NCBI GenBank assembly: GCA_011109175.1
Contig: RDEW01000003.1
Location: 2,243,761 to 2,307,760 of the forward strand
Source: Dicyema japonicum
Taxonomy: Eukaryota; Animalia; Dicyemida
Reading direction: 5' to 3'
DNA: 64,000 nucleotides
The position numbers and the translations under genes were made by a program. The notes under the pieces were generated by a model, which did no database searches, was not told where the DNA came from, and saw nothing but the letters and a program-made list of their open reading frames with translations. Positions within the stretch are counted from its first letter, which is position 1, and each line of letters opens with the position of its first letter. Of this stretch, positions 63,711 through 64,000 are shown in pieces.

Positions 63711-64000
63711 ATCCTCACCATTTATCATAAAGATCATTTTTAAATTATTCTGGTCCACGTATGGAAGGGATTGATCTCACTTACCAATAAAGTGAGCAAA
63801 TACTTCTTAATTCATGAACTTGAAAGAAGAGGTATTGTCTAAGGAAAACTGGGATTCTGGGGTCATTAAACCCAATAAACGCATGTGGCAACAATCGTGA
63901 ATTCATTAACCGAAAATACAAAATTAAACAATCTGAAATTTTCATTGTAAAAAATGTTGAATTACAAAACGAGTGTTTCCATGGTTTTTATTACTCGACA

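Noticed and set aside
1-64000. CRISPR arrays, rRNA or prokaryotic operons
   Set aside because: None seen; the DNA is eukaryotic and the short repeats (8761, 51346, 62361, 63585) lack repeat-spacer regularity

Overview
AT-rich eukaryotic (animal) genomic DNA whose spliceosomal introns are extremely short (about 21-31 nt), so the ORF track shows only fragments. Splicing by eye recovers about 13 host genes: GBA2, SDHB, PSME3/PA28, VMA21, ALG11, FNTB, CFAP92-like, an SLC9A6/7/9-type Na+/H+ exchanger, CLPB/SKD3, haspin, CCDC178-like, a CTR copper transporter and one weakly identified small gene. There is also a decayed VWA5A-like pseudogene. Tiny introns, metazoan-type SKD3 and cilia-associated genes suggest a dicyemid-like parasite (inference). 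The space between genes holds decayed mobile elements: at least three subfamilies of CRE-type non-LTR retrotransposons (RT plus restriction-like endonuclease), AP-endonuclease-type LINE fragments, two tRNA-derived SINE families sharing the LINE 3' end, hAT MITEs and pogo/Tigger remnants. The most unusual signals are: (i) a marked excess of the palindrome CACGTG written through exons and even 22-23-nt introns; (ii) splice signals reduced almost to GT/GC..NAG plus length; (iii) a SINE core with a conserved hairpin; (iv) a CDE/CHR-like element in the CLPB-haspin bidirectional promoter; (v) repeated 1-2 nt deficits in homopolymer runs of essential genes, most likely assembly error. All gene models and counts were made by eye; protein identities come from recalled motifs, not database searches.
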